Shown here: positions 38,525-52,575 of the stretch, piece by piece
Position numbering within the stretch: position 1 is the first letter of the stretch
Layout: every line of letters begins with the position of its first letter
Assembly (NCBI RefSeq): GCF_035084215.1
Contig: NC_090333.1
Coordinates: 50,344,001-50,408,000, forward strand
DNA: 64,000 nucleotides
Direction of reading: 5' to 3'
DNA from: Heptranchias perlo
Lineage: Eukaryota
Program-made: the position numbers and the translations under genes
Notes under the pieces: generated by a model
Seen by the model: only the letters and a program-made list of their open reading frames with translations
Database searches by the model: none
Told to the model about the DNA's origin: nothing

Positions 38525-39900
38525 TTTTTTTTTTATTCATTCATGGGATGTGGGCATCGCTGGCAAGGCTGGCATTTATTGCCCATCCCTAATTGCCCTT
38601 GAGAAGGTGGTGGTGAGCCGCCTTCTTGAACCGCTGCAGTCCATGTGGTGAAGATTCTCCCACAGTGCTGTTAAGAAGGGAGTTCCAGGATTTTGACTCA
38701 GCGACGATGAAGGAACGATGATATATTTCCAAGTCGGGATGGTGTGTGACTTGGAGGGGAATGTGCAGGTGGTGTTATTCCCATGTGCCTGCTGCTCTTG
38801 TCCTTCTAGGTGGTAGAGGTCGCAGGTTTGGGAGGTGCTGTTGAAGAAGCCTTGGCAAGTTGCTGCAGTGCATCCTGTGGATGGTACACACTGCAGACAC
38901 AGTGCGCCGGTGGTGGATGGGGTGCCAATCAAGCGGGCTGCTTTGTCTTGGATGGTGTCAAGCTTCTTGAATGTTTTTGGAGCTGCACTCATCCAGGCAA
39001 GTGGAGAGTATGCCATCACACTCCTGACTTGTGCCTTGTAGATGGTGGAAAGGCTTTGGGGAGTCAGGAGGTGCGTCACTCACCGCAGAATTCCCAGTCT
39101 CTGACCTGCTCTTGTAGCCACAGTATTTATATGGCTGGTCCAGTTAAGTTTCTGGTCAATGGTGACCCCAGGATGTTGATGGTGGGGGATTCGGCGATGG
39201 TAATGCCGTTGGCTGTCAAGGGGCGTTGGTTAGACCCTCTCTTGTTGGAGATGGTCATTGCCTGGCACTTGTCTGGCATGAATGTTACTTGCCACTTATG
39301 AGCCCAAGCCTGGATGTTGTCCAGGTCTTGCGGCATACGGGGTCGGACTGCTTCATTATTTGAGGGGTTTCGAATGGAACTGAACACTGTGCAATCATCC
39401 CCATTTCTGACCTTAATGTGGAGGGAAGGTCATTGATGAAGCAGCTGAAGATGGTTGGGCCTAGGACACTGCCCTGAGGAACTCCTGCAGCAATGCCCTG
39501 GGGCTGAGATGATTGGCCTCCAACAACCACTACCATCTTCCTTCGTGCTAGGTATGACTCCAGCCACTGGAGAGTTTTCCCCCTGATTCCCATTGACTTC
39601 AATTTTACTAGGGCTCCTTGGTGCCACCCTCGGTCAAATGCTGCCTTGATGTCAAGGGCAGTCACTCTCACCTCACCTCTGGAATTCAGCTCTTTTGTCC
39701 ATGTTTGGACCAAGGCTGTAATGAGGTCTGGAGCCGAGTGGTCCTGGCGGAACCCAAACTGAGCATCGGTGAGCAGGTTATTGGTGAGTAAGTGCCGCTT
39801 GATAGCACTGTCGATGACACCTTCCATCACTTTGCTGATGATTGAGAGTAGACTGATGGGGCGATAATTGGCCAGATTGGATTTGTCCTGCTTTTTTGGA
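38525..39900 (-). mobile_element. LINE family B, 5'-truncated, sister of 26270-27710
   Basis: Minus ORFs with ALDIKAAFDRGWHQG and GVPQGSVLGP. Poly-T (tail) at 38525. Shares private defects with the 26270 copy. Confidence 0.95.
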
Positions 39901-40097
39901 CAAATCTACAAGCTTTTAAAACACAAGCTTTGCATCACCATTTTCTGATTCAACTCATCTTTTCTTTTATTCTTTTCAACCTTGTTGGTATCCTGCACCA
40001 TGGAGCTTGGCCTTTCACCTAGGTTGCTCAATCAAAAATAATCCCTGCGACAGAAGTGCTGTAAATGTTAAAATATTGAAACATTGTAGACACATAC

Positions 40098-40217
40098 CAT
40101 CTAGTAGCCAGCTCTGTTCTCCCATCTTCTTCAGCTCTCTCAACATCAGATGGGTTGTTACATGATCCGGAACTAAATACCCTCTATCCAGATACTGTTT
40201 TGCCAGAAGCCCAATTT
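40098..40217 (-). CDS. AK4: AK4 coding exon 2
   Basis: Acceptor cag|AA, donor G|GTATGT, 120 nt. Encodes (E)IGLLAKQYLDRGYLVPDHVTTHLMLRELKKMGEQSWLLD(G), the NMP-binding region. Phase fits exons 1 and 3. Confidence 0.96.
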
Positions 40218-41242
40218 CTGCAAGACGCAAAGAAAAATATTTTTTTCAGTGCCAAAGGGGAACAAATGGATCAAATCAGGAATTTTGAAATATTAAAATT
40301 TGAGCTCCTTGGATGCATCTTCCAGCATGTAACTAAGACGTACTTAAGAGAAGGTCACAGATTCAATTTATGGTCTGCATTCTCAGCTAAGGTAGCAATG
40401 AGGCTTTATTATTGACTTCGGGGTCCCTATGTTTGGAAGGGAGGTGGGGGAGGTGGAAATCAGCTATGGTTCTTGTTCCTGATCATTATCCAGTGAGCTA
40501 GATGGAAAATGTACATCTTTGGATATCAGATGAGCATTAGACTCACTGCCAAGGCGAGAAGTAACCATTACATTAATATAAATACAATTCAGCCACATCA
40601 CAAAATATATCAAATTAATCCTTTATTGTTTTAGCCCAACTTCCCTTTGAAAAAGGCTGAACAAAAACCCCCACCACCATGAACAGAGTCGATAGTTACA
40701 ATACAGCATGATGTGGTCCGGTTTTTCAGTTTAATCACAAATAGGAATTTCTAGAAGGAATGATGCATACAGTTGAGGAGAATGTCTAATTATTTAATAC
40801 ACAATATGAAAAAGATCCCCAGAAGTCAATTTACAAAGATATAGGCAAGAAGCCTTAAAATCATAAATAATGAAAAATTGTGTATAAACTTCAGACAGCA
40901 GTGACCAATCTCAGACTACGCTCATATGAGCAAAACCTTTACCTGCTTCCTAGATGATTTCTAATTCTTTTATCTATTTAGCAACTGCTGCAGGAATTTA
41001 ATCTACTGCAGTAAATCTGGAACACTACTTGACTTTAAAAAAAAATGCAGAATGCATAGTTACATGGTTTTTTGGAATAACTTGGTCTCCTTAGGAAATG
41101 GATGAGGGCAGAAGTGATTTCCTGCACAGTTGAATAGCCTTTTGCCATTCTCTGTCTCTGCTCACACATGAATAATCTGTAGGAGCTATCAGACAACTGT
41201 TAGCACTGACAGACCTGTACCTCATTAGGAGTGAGTTTCTTC

Positions 41243-41372
41243 AGGAAAAGGAAAGGAAATGCATGAAAGAAAGGAGAGAGGAAAAGGAGAAGGAAATGAG
41301 AAAAGATAGAAGAGGGAAGGAAGAAGAAAAGAAGGAAGGAAAGAAAGTAAGAAAAAGGAAGTTAGAAAAGGA
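41243..41372 (+). repeat. GA-rich low-complexity tract
   Basis: Degenerate (GGAAA/GAA)n. Confidence 0.8.
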
Positions 41373-41544
41373 AGTTACATTCATATAGTGCCTTATCCCT
41401 TGTCTCAGAAATATGTCAAAGTGCTTTACACACACATACTACTTTGAAGTACTGTTATGTAGGCACATAGAGCAGTCCCACAAATTACAATGAACTGAAT
41501 GACGAGTTAAATGTGTTTGATTAAGGGACACCAGGGTAACTCCC

Positions 41545-43105
41545 AAGGATAGAATTCTTTGAGGAGGTAACAGAATAGGTAGATGAGGGAAATACAGTGG
41601 ATGTAATGTACGTAGACTTTAGGAAAACCTTTGACAAGATACCACATGAGAGATTACTAGAGAAGATTAAGGGATATGAAGCTAGGGAGAGGATAGCAAC
41701 CTGGATTAGAAATTGGATAGAAGGGAGAAAATAGGAATTAGGAGTTAAGGGAAGATTTTCAGAGTGGTTGGAAGTGGGTAGTGGTGTCCCCCAGGATTCA
41801 GTTCTGGGACCACTTCTGTTCACTGTGTATATTAATGATTGGATATAGGCCTAGAGGGAGTGGTGTCAAAATTTGCAGATGATACCAAAATAGGAGGTGC
41901 AGGTACATAGGATGTTAAAGGCAGCTCCTCAGGTTCATACAGCTGTTAAAAAAAAAGCTAATGGAACTGTAGGATTTATCAAAAGAGGTATAGAATATAA
42001 AAGTCAAGAGGTAATAATGACCCTATATAAAACCTTTTAATAGAACCTCAGTTAGAGTATCGGGCACCACACTATAGAAACAATATTGAGGCTTTAGAGA
42101 AGATACAATGCAGATTCACTAGGATGCTGCCTGGTATGAAGAAATACAAATATGAGAAAGGCCTTTATATAGAATTTACAGCACATAAACAGGTCCATGC
42201 CGGTGTTTATGCTCCACAAGAGCCTCCTCCGCCCTACTTCTTCTAATTCTATCAGCGTGTCCTTCTATTCAGCATATCCTTCTATTCCCTTCTCCTTCGT
42301 GTGTTTATCTAGCTTCCCCTTAAATGCATCTATGCTAGTCACCTCAACTAATCTTTGTGGTAGCGAGTTCCACATTCTAACCACACTCTGGGTAAAAAAA
42401 AGTGTCTCCTAAAGTCTCTATTAGATTTATTAGTGCCTATCTTGTATTTATGGCCCCTAGTTCTGGTCTCCCTCACAAGTGGAAACATCTTCTCTATGTC
42501 TATCCTATCAAACCCTTTCATAATCTTAAAGACCTCTATCAGGTCACCCCTCAGTCTTCTCTTTTCCAGAGAAAAGAGCCCCAGCCTGCTCAATCTTTGG
42601 TTATACATATCAGGAATCAGTTCTGGTATCATCCTACTGAATCTTTTATGCACCTTCTCCAGTGCCTTTATATCCATTTTATATTATGGAGACCAGAACT
42701 GTTCACAGTTGAAAAACTAGGGATTTTTCAACAGATTACAGGGAGATATGATAGAAGTATTTAAAATTATGAAAGGATGGGACAGGGTGGATAGAAGTAG
42801 ATTGTTTCCAGTATCTGTGGGGTCAACAGTGAGATAGATACAAGATTACTTGTAATATGTTTAGAACAGAGGACAGAAAAAACTTATTTACACAGAGAGA
42901 TGTGAGGCTGTGAAATTCAGTTGGAGGCTGAGGCAGGATCTACATCAACATTCAAGATTAGATTGAATAGACAGATGAAGAAAAAAGAGTTGAAGGGATA
43001 TGAGAACAGGGTGAGCAAATGTGAATAGGACGATTTGCTTTCAAGGAGAGTGAAAGCCAACATGGACTGGTTGGACCGAATGGATTACCGTGTTTTAACT
43101 TTTAT
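41545..43105 (+). mobile_element. Old CR1 LINE split by a younger inverted CR1
   Basis: Plus-strand RT motifs (DF.K.FDK.PH, GVPQDSVLGP, KFADDT) at 41545-42165 resume at 42709 (gaaaaactagggattttt). Confidence 0.85.
42170..42708 (-). mobile_element. CR1 LINE 3' fragment nested in the previous element
   Basis: Minus ORF DIKALEKVHKRFSRMIPEL...RRLRGDLIEVFKIMKGFD...TRGHKYKI. Same subfamily as 28830-29495. Confidence 0.9.
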
Positions 43106-43971
43106 GTACTTCTACGTAGAATTTCTATGGGGTTTCCATCGATTCTCACGCCAAAGTTACATCGTGAGAATGCCCCCAGAAATTACTTGTGCCTGTTCTT
43201 CTCTTGATGGTGCCTTTGAACTGACATATGGGGCCATAGGTTAACATTTTAGTCAAAGAACAGCACCTTCAACAATGCAGCATTCCCTCATTGTTGCACT
43301 GGAGTATCTGGGTGTTAGAACGTATAAATCATTGAAGGTCAATGATTTATTGTAGATCAATGCCAATGATCTTCAAAAAAAAGTTGGCAAGCACAACTGA
43401 TATAAACTAAACATAGTCAGCCTAAGGGTTACAAGTGTTAATCCTTCAACCACTATGGCTCTGACTGGCAGTAAACATAAATCTGTTTTAATTACATTAT
43501 CAATATAAAATAACTCTTGATCCCCACACAAATTAAACTTTATTGAAAATGTTCTTTACATCAACAAATGGACAAATTCTAGGAGAATTTCTCTTCAGTT
43601 TGTGGGTTGGGATGCATGGAACAGTTGTTTCCTAGTTTGGGCCAAACTCACTTATAGCCATGGACTGTTTATCCAGGTGGACAAAAAGTACAATCCAGTC
43701 AACGAGAAGCAAGTTGGAGATGATGACTCAGCAAATCACACACCAGTCTTGGCTCATTAAGTCAGAGATGATTCTCAAAAATTTTAGCAAAGGCAGTAAT
43801 AAAAAGAGAACAGATAATACTGCAGTATAGTGTGTTAGTTCAACAGAATTAATGAATTACACTGAGAATAGAGATGTTGGATGAGATTTCGATAAGTCTC
43901 ACTGAAGCTGTTGTGCAGTGAAAATGCCACCAAGAGCTCCAACATCCCGTTTGGCTCAGACTTAAGTAGTA

Positions 43972-44578
43972 AGAAGTCTTACTACAGTTGTACAGGGCTT
44001 TAGTGAGACCTCACCTGGAGTACTGAGTACAGTTTTGGTCTCCTTATCGAAGGAAGGATATACTTGCCTTGGAGGCGGTGCAACGAAGGTTCACTAGATT
44101 AATTCCTGGGATGAGAGGGTTGTCCTTTGAAGAGAGGTTGAGTAGAATGGGCCTATACTCTCTGGAGTTTAGAAGAATGAGAGGTGATCTCATTGAAACA
44201 TATAAGATTATGAGGGGGCTTGACAGGGTAGATGCTGAGGGATACTTTCCCCTGGCTAGAGAGTCTAGAACCAGGGGGCATAGTTGCAGGATAAGGGGTC
44301 GGCCATTCAAGACTGAGATGAGGAGGAATTTCTTCACACAGAGGCTTATGAATCTTTGGAATTCTCTACTCTCAGAGGGCTGTGGATTCTGAGTCAATGA
44401 ATATATTCAAGGCTGAGATGGATAGATTTTTGGACTCTAAGGGAATCAAGGGATATGGGGATCGGGTGGGAAAATGGAGTTGAGGTCGAAGACCAGCCAT
44501 GATCTGATTGAATGGTGGAGCAGGCTCGAGGGGCCGTATGGCCAACTCCTGCTCCTATTTCGTATATTCTTATGTTCT
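43972..44578 (+). mobile_element. CR1 LINE 3' fragment
   Basis: EAVQRRFTRLIPGM...RRMRGDLIETYKIM...RTRGH. Tail tattcttatgttct. Confidence 0.92.
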
Positions 44579-44756
44579 AGACTGTATCTTTCTTCTCTCT
44601 CACTCTCCGTTTTTTTAAAGTAACTTTGTTCCTGATGTTCAGTACAGAACAAGTGGGACTCCTAAAAACTAGTTTAGAGTGTTAACACACCCACACAGAG
44701 ATAAACACCTACACATTGAGAAATACGCCTGCACACATACCTGAGCCAGTAGGTGA

Positions 44757-44875
44757 CATAGAAACATAGAAAATAGAGCAGGAGTAGGCCATTCGGCCCT
44801 TCGCGCCTGCTCCGCTATTCAATATGGTCATGGCTGATCCTCTACCTCAATAACATATTCCTGCTCTCTCCCCAT
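44757..44875 (-). mobile_element. CR1 extreme 3' end
   Basis: catagaaacatagaaaatagagcaggagtaggccattcggccc is the reverse complement of a CR1 tail. Confidence 0.8.
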
Positions 44876-45409
44876 AACACATAGAGTGACAGACTCTAAA
44901 CATTAGAATTTATTTTTTAAAAGTGGAAGAAAAGTCCAGGAATAATGTATGATCTATTCAAAATACTTCCCCATTTTATGTTGAAAAATACTTGTTTATA
45001 TATTTTCAAAATTGTCCATTTTCTATCTGCAATGGAAACCCATCAGGTCAGGTCTCCTTGCTACTTTATGACTCAGTGACATTACCCATACTGAGGCATC
45101 CTGAAACAACTCTATTGAAAGCAATGCAGGTTCACTACAATTAGCATACGTAGAAAATCTTGACCCATTCCTGGGACAGAGTACAACGTCTTTACTCAGC
45201 ATTTAACCTATGCCAACTTGACATAGTGTAGTAATAGCTATACTCCTTCCTCTTAATGACCTGTGATATATCCAAAAGGGGCAGGCTAGTTCATCCAACA
45301 ATCTATTTCTCTTCCTAAAAATTTTAATGTAACACATGCTAGCCTGTGTGTTATTCTGGACACAACATACTACATATTCATTCATTTTTCCCACCTTTTT
45401 TTCTTCTCT

Positions 45410-45705
45410 CCTACAGTCTCTGACTCAGCTGTGATTTAATACTAAGGTGCCACCAGTACTTCATCTAATGGTCAATCTTCATGTGTGACTTAGACAAGTG
45501 TCAACAGGCTTTTTGATCATGAGCAGCATCACAGCTAAGACTGATCTTATGCTCACGCAATATCCACACACATATATTTTCCAGCAGGAGTCACTGGATT
45601 GCAATCAAGAGTTGGAACCAAGGCTGATTTTTCTCCTCCAGTCCAAAGGTATTGCGACTAATTGTATTACTCCAACCACTGAGATCAGCTAACTCAGTAC
45701 AGAAT
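45410..45705 (-). mobile_element. Family-X SINE-like copy
   Basis: tcttcatgtgtgac...ttccagcaggagtcactgga...ggctgatttt...tgagatcagctaactcag. Confidence 0.65.
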
Positions 45706-45889
45706 GGGGCTTTCAAAATATAGTAAGATTTGATAAATTATAAAGACAAACAAATTAGGTGAAAAAAGTAACAACAAGCCAAGAATGGCAATGAATGCAA
45801 GATTGCTGAGTATCTATAAAATGTAATGCTAATCATCTGCACACATGTCCATTATAAATTCCTATGTCAACATTTATAATGGAAATTAC

Positions 45890-46520
45890 ATAGGAAGCAA
45901 TATAGGAACAGGAGTAGGCCATTCAGCCCCTCGAACTTGTTCCACCATTCAATTAGGTCATGGCTGATCTGTCTCTTGTCTCTATTTACCTGCCATGATT
46001 CAATATTCATTAATAAACTTGCCGAACAAAAATCTCTCAATTTCAGTTTTGAAATTTTCAATTAACCAAGCCTCATCAGCTTTTTGGGGGTGAGTTCTAG
46101 ATTTCCACTACCCTTTGTGTGAAGAAGTGCTTCCTGACATCACCCCTGAACGTCCTAGCTCTAATTCTAAGGTTATGCCCCCTTGTTTTGGACTCCTCCA
46201 CCAGAGGAAATAGTTTCTCCCGATCTACCCTATCAAATCCTTTAATCATGTTAAACACCTCAATTAGATCTCCACTTAATCTTCTAAACTCAAGGGAAAA
46301 CAAGCCTCGTCAGTGCAAACTGTCCTCATAATTTAACCCTTTTTGCCCCTGTATCATTCTGGTGAATCTGCGCTGCACCCCCCTCCAAGGCCCATATATC
46401 CTTCCTGAGGTGCATTATCAAGAACCAAATACAGTACTCCAAAAGCGGTCTAACCAGAGTTTTATACAACTGTAACATAACTTCCACCCCTTTGTACTCC
46501 TTCCACTCCTTTGTATTCCT
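45890..46520 (-). mobile_element. CR1 LINE 3' fragment
   Basis: Minus ORF FSLEFRRLSGDLIEVFNMIKGFDRVDREKLFPLVEESKTRGH. Confidence 0.92.
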
Positions 46521-46872
46521 ATTACCTATGTAAAATTATCACACTATAAATTACACCCTTCTGTCAGTGGAGGCCATGCAAAACCACCACTAACGAGAAT
46601 GTAATTATAGTGTAACAAGTTTGCATGGGCAGTTTCCATTATAAACATGGTCATTGGAATTTAGTGAAAATAAGGACATTTATGACTTTAAAATGAGGAT
46701 TGAATCATCTAACCTTACTTCACCTAAAGATTACACTTGGTCTTGACTCCCCTAGAGACCTCAACTAATCTAAAGTATCAATAAACGGCTTTCAAAAATT
46801 AAAGGGAGAAGTATTGATCCACCTAAAAATGGCAATGGCATGCTGGGATCCAGGGATATAGCTTATTAGATC

Positions 46873-47050
46873 ATAAGAACATAATAGAAGCAGGAGTAGC
46901 CTTTTCTGCATTCAATAAGATCATGGCTGATCATCTACCTCAACTCCACTTCCCGCCCTATCCCCATATCCCTTGATTCCCTTAGTGTCCAAAAAATCTA
47001 TTGATCTCAGTCTTGAATATACTCAATGACTGAGCATCCACAGCCCTGAG
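46873..47050 (-). mobile_element. CR1 3' end fragment
   Basis: Reverse complement of 44385-44575. Confidence 0.8.
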
Positions 47051-50000
47051 GAAAGAACCAAAATAAGAATCCCAGGAACTGGGTAGTGGAAGACAGGTCT
47101 GGATATTAGAGATGTTGTCAACACTGAAGCTCAATTGCCAAAACTTTATTTATTTGTTGGTTAACAAGCAATGAGGGGTATATTTGCTGTGTCAAGTTAA
47201 AGAAAAATCATTGTACCTAATGGAGAGTTTTATGATGCGAGATTAGTAACAGAATTTTTCTTTAACTTTACACAGAACAAAATATACATATCCCAACCAT
47301 CCACATTTTCCCAATATTCCATATTTGAGCTCTTGTGTCTGCACTTGCTGATGAAAATTAGCTGATTCAAATACCCCATTCAGCACTCTGTGTAACAGTT
47401 ACCTCACTCCTGCACTTGGCAGGATGAGAAGCTGAGAGAGATATGTCACAATAAGCACAACTTGGGTAGGGACCCAATGGGGTAGATTTTCCAATCTCCA
47501 AGATCGATGGTATAGGAACAGAGCAGATTCTGGTGGATGGGAAAATCTGGCTAAGAGCCATAATTTTCAGGCAGGCATTTTAGACTGACCAAAAGTAGAC
47601 TTGCCAAAATTGAGCCAAAGCTTCATTTAAATATTATGACACATTTAAATGAATCCCTGTAGGAATTTCTATTCACTTAGGCCAGGATTGGGCAGAGTGT
47701 TCCCTTCTCCCTTGTTTTTCTCCTATCTTTTCAAACATGCTTTCAGTCATCTCTCCCAATTACTGCTTGACATTGGTTTCTCCTCTACGAAGGACATTAG
47801 AATATTTACTATGTTAAATGGCGTTATTTAAGTGCAAATTGTTGTTGTTGGTCTACTAGCATTTGAAAAAAATTAAGTTAATGTTTGACATATACCTTTT
47901 GTCACAACTGGAAGATGATAGAGGAGAACAGATAAAAGTCCAGTAAGTATGTTAACTACTGTCACATGAGGTGGTGAATGTTTTTAAAAGTCTGTTTTGT
48001 TCTTGTATGACATTTTAAATAAAATATAGTTTTACAATAATTGGTAAATGATACAAAGCCACAACAGAATTCCTCAAGTACAGTATTAAATGATATACAG
48101 CTCTATTAGGAAAAAAAGCAAAATGGCATCATACCCAAGTCAACAGCATTTAATTTATGACACCAGCAGCTTTGTTCAATTAGAAAATATTTTTAAAAGT
48201 AACTATAGGTAACTCCTATTCTACATATTTACATGCATTAACATCCCTACTCTACAATTTCTGTTATTAAATTTGACTACTCTCTATTCATACTGGATTC
48301 AATCTCATCTTTTTTCAATTTTTGTCTCATAAGAAGTTTTGAAGACACATATTTGCATTCAGCTCTGTGGCAGAATCACAGTTGGTTCCAAAAAGCTGGA
48401 AAATGCACCAAATAACCTGTCAAAAATCAAACTTTTCTGGGTTGAATTGCCCCAGACTTCCCTAAGAAAATTAATCAGTTTGTGCATTTTCCTTCCGAAA
48501 TGTCTAAACCCACTAATGCTTCACTTTCATATGATTTAGGAGGGGGAGGTTGGAATGTTGGATACACCTGAAACTTAATTTATATTGTTTCCATTGTACT
48601 TTGAGTGTAACTAATTGTTTCCATGTCTTGAGCCAAAATTCAGGGCTGCCTTTTGAGTTATCGGGCTTTTTTGGAGGAGTGACATTGTTACCTCTTGTGA
48701 AAGTGTTGTTTAGTTGTTTATAGTTTTATAGGTTGACGTGTATAAAAATATACCAAGAAGGCATAATTTGCTTTTGAAAACTGTCATTATGTTGCAAAAT
48801 AGCTATTGCATTCAGGGACAGACTGGCTCCTCGAAAGGTGCAGGATTCTCATAGAAAAAGGAGGGGGGGTGGGGAGCTGATAACAGCACAATGGAACCAT
48901 TCCCGGGGGCACTCAGGAAATCTCCCGATTTCTCATTTGATCAATCCACCCCTGATTGACCTCACATGAATGCAATGCAATCACATCACATTTGTCGGCC
49001 AATTGTAGTGTCCTTTGCAGTATCTGATTTCTCAATCTATACCGATCCCAATAACCTTCAATTCCATTCCCAACCAGGTATTTATACAACTTGTTTTTAA
49101 GACAGCACATAGAAAGGAAACCTCAGTGACACATGTACCCCATGAATGGTGCTGAAATAGTTACGGATGAAGCTGAAAGAGGAAACAAAAATAAGGTTTA
49201 TTTTGAATTAACACACCACTCCTGCTATTTGACCCACAAACTGAAAGCAAAGATTATTTAAGACACTAGAATAATTTATCATGAAAGTAAGAGTTACACA
49301 GGCTACAATTTAAGCCACTATTTTGGTTAATGTGTCAAACTTGGTTGAGCTGGGCCTCATATTTCTCAGCATGCTGCTATGGTTTCCCTCGAATCAGTAA
49401 CTTCTGACACTGCACAATAGGCTCCTATCAAAATTATTTCACTTGTTGGAACCAGATGTAATGTTAGAGCTTCTAATGCTGTTACAGCTTCTAAGCAAAA
49501 CATTACAGTATTTTTGAAATAAAGTCTGTTCCTGTACAGATGGCTATACATTTAAAGCTGACCATCATGTTACCAATAATCATTAAGTAAATTACCAAGC
49601 CCATTATGTAAAGAAAAGATCTGAGGAAGCACCAACTTTCACTAAGGATAGTTTAGGGTTCCCACTTTCTACAATGGAAAGGAACTCCCTAAAAGGAGGG
49701 CATTGGGCCCCAGGGATGAAGTGCCAAACTCCAGGACATTTTGCACTTTTCATCTTTCAGAGTGGAAAAGAATCATGTTTCTGCTGCCAAAAAACGAACA
49801 AATGGCATTGCTAACCTTTCATGATTGGGTTTTTAATATAATGTCCATGTGGAGTCCAGGCACTGGAGATCTTCACGTGGTTGTGTATCTGGGGTTGAGA
49901 AGTGAGCTTTGCTTGGCGGAGAGGTTAGTATCAGCATCTAGGCTTGCATCTTGGTTTAGGAGTTTTCCTTTGGTTCCTGCTTTTCCTCCGGGCAGTTGGG

Positions 50001-50874
50001 GGAAGAGGAGCAGGAGGTGGGTGGATACCTGCAGATGAGTGGCTAGTGTTAAACACATCCAAGGAGAGCTTTGTTAGCCAGGTTGAGGAATCGTGTGGAT
50101 GAGTGCTGCTGTCCCTTGTGCTGTATTCCTCAGTGGCCACATCATCTGTGAGAAGGAGAAAATGTGGCAACTAAGGCTGACCCCTGAGCAGCCTTGTTTG
50201 GGAGAGTGCTGCAGGTTCCTGGCTAAGCATAGGTTGGTTCCATCTTGTGGGTTGGAGGCATGGAGAAGGTTACTGGTCAGATGCTGCCCTCTGTGTTTGG
50301 AGACAGTGTTCCTGCTGGTCGAAGTTTTTGGCCAGACCGCTGCTTCTCCATTTTATTTTTAGAACTGCAGATGCTCTAGCTCTTGGGAAAGCTCCTGACA
50401 TGCAGATGTGTCAGGGATGGTGAATTTATCCGGGCACCCCTTTAAGACTCACACTCCACAGCAGCACCTCACCTTTGCACCCAACTCAGACTCAAGCCAA
50501 CCTCCCCTGGCAGCTGAGAGAACTCTGAGCACATGTTGCAAAGCTGTCGCACTATTTGAAGTAGAGCAGGGAGTTCTCCATGGTGTCCTGGCCAATATTT
50601 ATCCCTCTGCCAACACCACCAAAACAGATTATCTGATCATGGCTGGTGTCCAAACTGGCTGCTGCATTTGCCTACACAACAGCGACTAGACTGCAGGTTG
50701 GCTGTGAAGTGCTTAGGGATCTCCTGAGGAGATGGTTTTTTTTACTGCAAAATACTGTAGAACGCATCAAATAAGTTGTCAAAAATCAAACTTTTCTGGG
50801 GGTGGGATGGGTGTCTCCGGACCATTCTGGAAAGGTCCATTTATATACGGTACTCACTTCTAAAATTATCACTA

Positions 50875-51126
<252 letters not shown>

Positions 51127-51559
51127 TCAGACGGGCTAATTGAAATTAAATTCGGCAAAATTATTCAGGTTCAGAAAAAACGCGGGTGGTCCTACAGAGG
51201 GCGAAAAAAATACCATAGTTCACCATCCAGGAACAGTTCCAGCAAATATACTTTTATTTATAAAATGTACCACAATTTCCTTCTGAACCATATAACAATT
51301 TGCTATTCTTACAATTAAAATACTTCCAGACTCAACGAAGACCGAATTATCCACTGACATTGCATATGAGATTTTTAAAAAAAAACTTTTTGCAGTAAAG
51401 GTATTTAAATTCATTTCTACTGCACAATAAAAAAAATAAAATTCCTTTATACAGACATTTTTTACACTTTTACAAACTACTTTCACAAGCTGGGATACAA
51501 TCGGAAAAATATTTGAAACATTTTGATTTTTTAAAATGCAAATATACCTTCTCTCTATA

Positions 51560-51950
51560 AGGTCAGCGTTGTTTTCCTGGAATATGGCGTAAAGGGGGAT
51601 TGAACGAATTCTATCCGCGTCAGTGGAGAAATTATGCAGACTCTCCCAATGAAAGCCTATGCTTACTCTTCCCTGCATAGAAGATTGTATTATTGGTGTA
51701 AACGGCATTAAAGACAGGACTGATTTCAGTCCGTTGTAAAAAATGACCATCTCTGTCACCTCGCAGTGAAAGTATGCGGGGCTCACGCCTCCCCAAAAGC
51801 ACTCTGGACGTTGTAGTTCGCACGATGTCAATTGCACAGAAATGAAATTGACACACAAACTACAAATACCGAAGTAATGGCTGGGTGGTCAGAGCACTAA
51901 AACAGCGCATGCCCTTGTAGTGCGTGCAACACACCCCGTAGACTGGCTCT
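51560..51950 (-). promoter_or_regulatory. Probable AK4 promoter and non-coding first exon
   Basis: Locally retained CpGs. Three ACTACA-type (ZNF143/THAP11) motifs at 51799-51818 (-), 51858-51879 (+) and 51905-51921 (-). NRF1-like GCGCATGC at 51905. A candidate donor AGA|GTAAGC at 51667/51666 could splice to the acceptor at 51191. Confidence 0.6.
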
Positions 51951-52259
51951 GGGTCAGATTTGAGTATTAAAAAGCTTGTTCCATTCCAACGGGTATGGAC
52001 TTGAGGCAACCAGTAAGTCCGAATTTATTGTGATGAAAATCAATTCCTTGTCTGGGTCACACCTGTGTCTTCATTTTTACAATTGAACCAGAGAAGCAAT
52101 GTATTTCAGATTTTGAATGACCTATGATATGAAAGATAAGATATATGAAAGAATGAATTGTGCAACTCCTTGAACATTCAGATAACAATAAACTTTAGGG
52201 TTCTAAAATGTTCTTTTTCTTCTCTCCTCTCCCAAAGCAGCTGAATTTGGATCTTCCGC

Positions 52260-52575
52260 TAACTCGCCCAAGTGACCGTTCTTCATGTGTAAGCCTTGAC
52301 AGTGAATGATGGCAAGCTACTTGTTGGAGGGTACATTACAGTCCAGCCTTACCCTGTCCTCAACTGGTGTCACCACATTCGGAATGGGAAACGTAGCTGA
52401 TTTCCCCTTTCCCTTTTCTATTTTAAGGGACACTGCAGCCAACTTTTATAACTTTTCCCCACCACCATATTTGAGATTAACTAACAGCACAGACTAAGGA
52501 TCAAACTTGGGCCCTTCCTGGTCGGTATGGCTTAGTGCATTTACCAACTTGGTACATTTACCAACTGAGCCAGAA
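52260..52575 (-). mobile_element. Family-X SINE-like copy
   Basis: ccgttcttcatgtgtaagcc...ttgagattaacta.cagcacagact...gcatttacc..ctgagcca. Confidence 0.65.

Noticed and set aside
48400-50805. Shared gtcaaaaatcaaacttttctggg at about 48419 and 50778 as a functional direct repeat
   Set aside because: A short match, most simply explained as two remnants of a dispersed repeat.
51220-51858. 212-aa minus-strand ORF upstream of AK4
   Set aside because: No recognisable domain, AT-rich low-information composition and a non-ATG start. It overlaps the probable promoter, first exon and intron.
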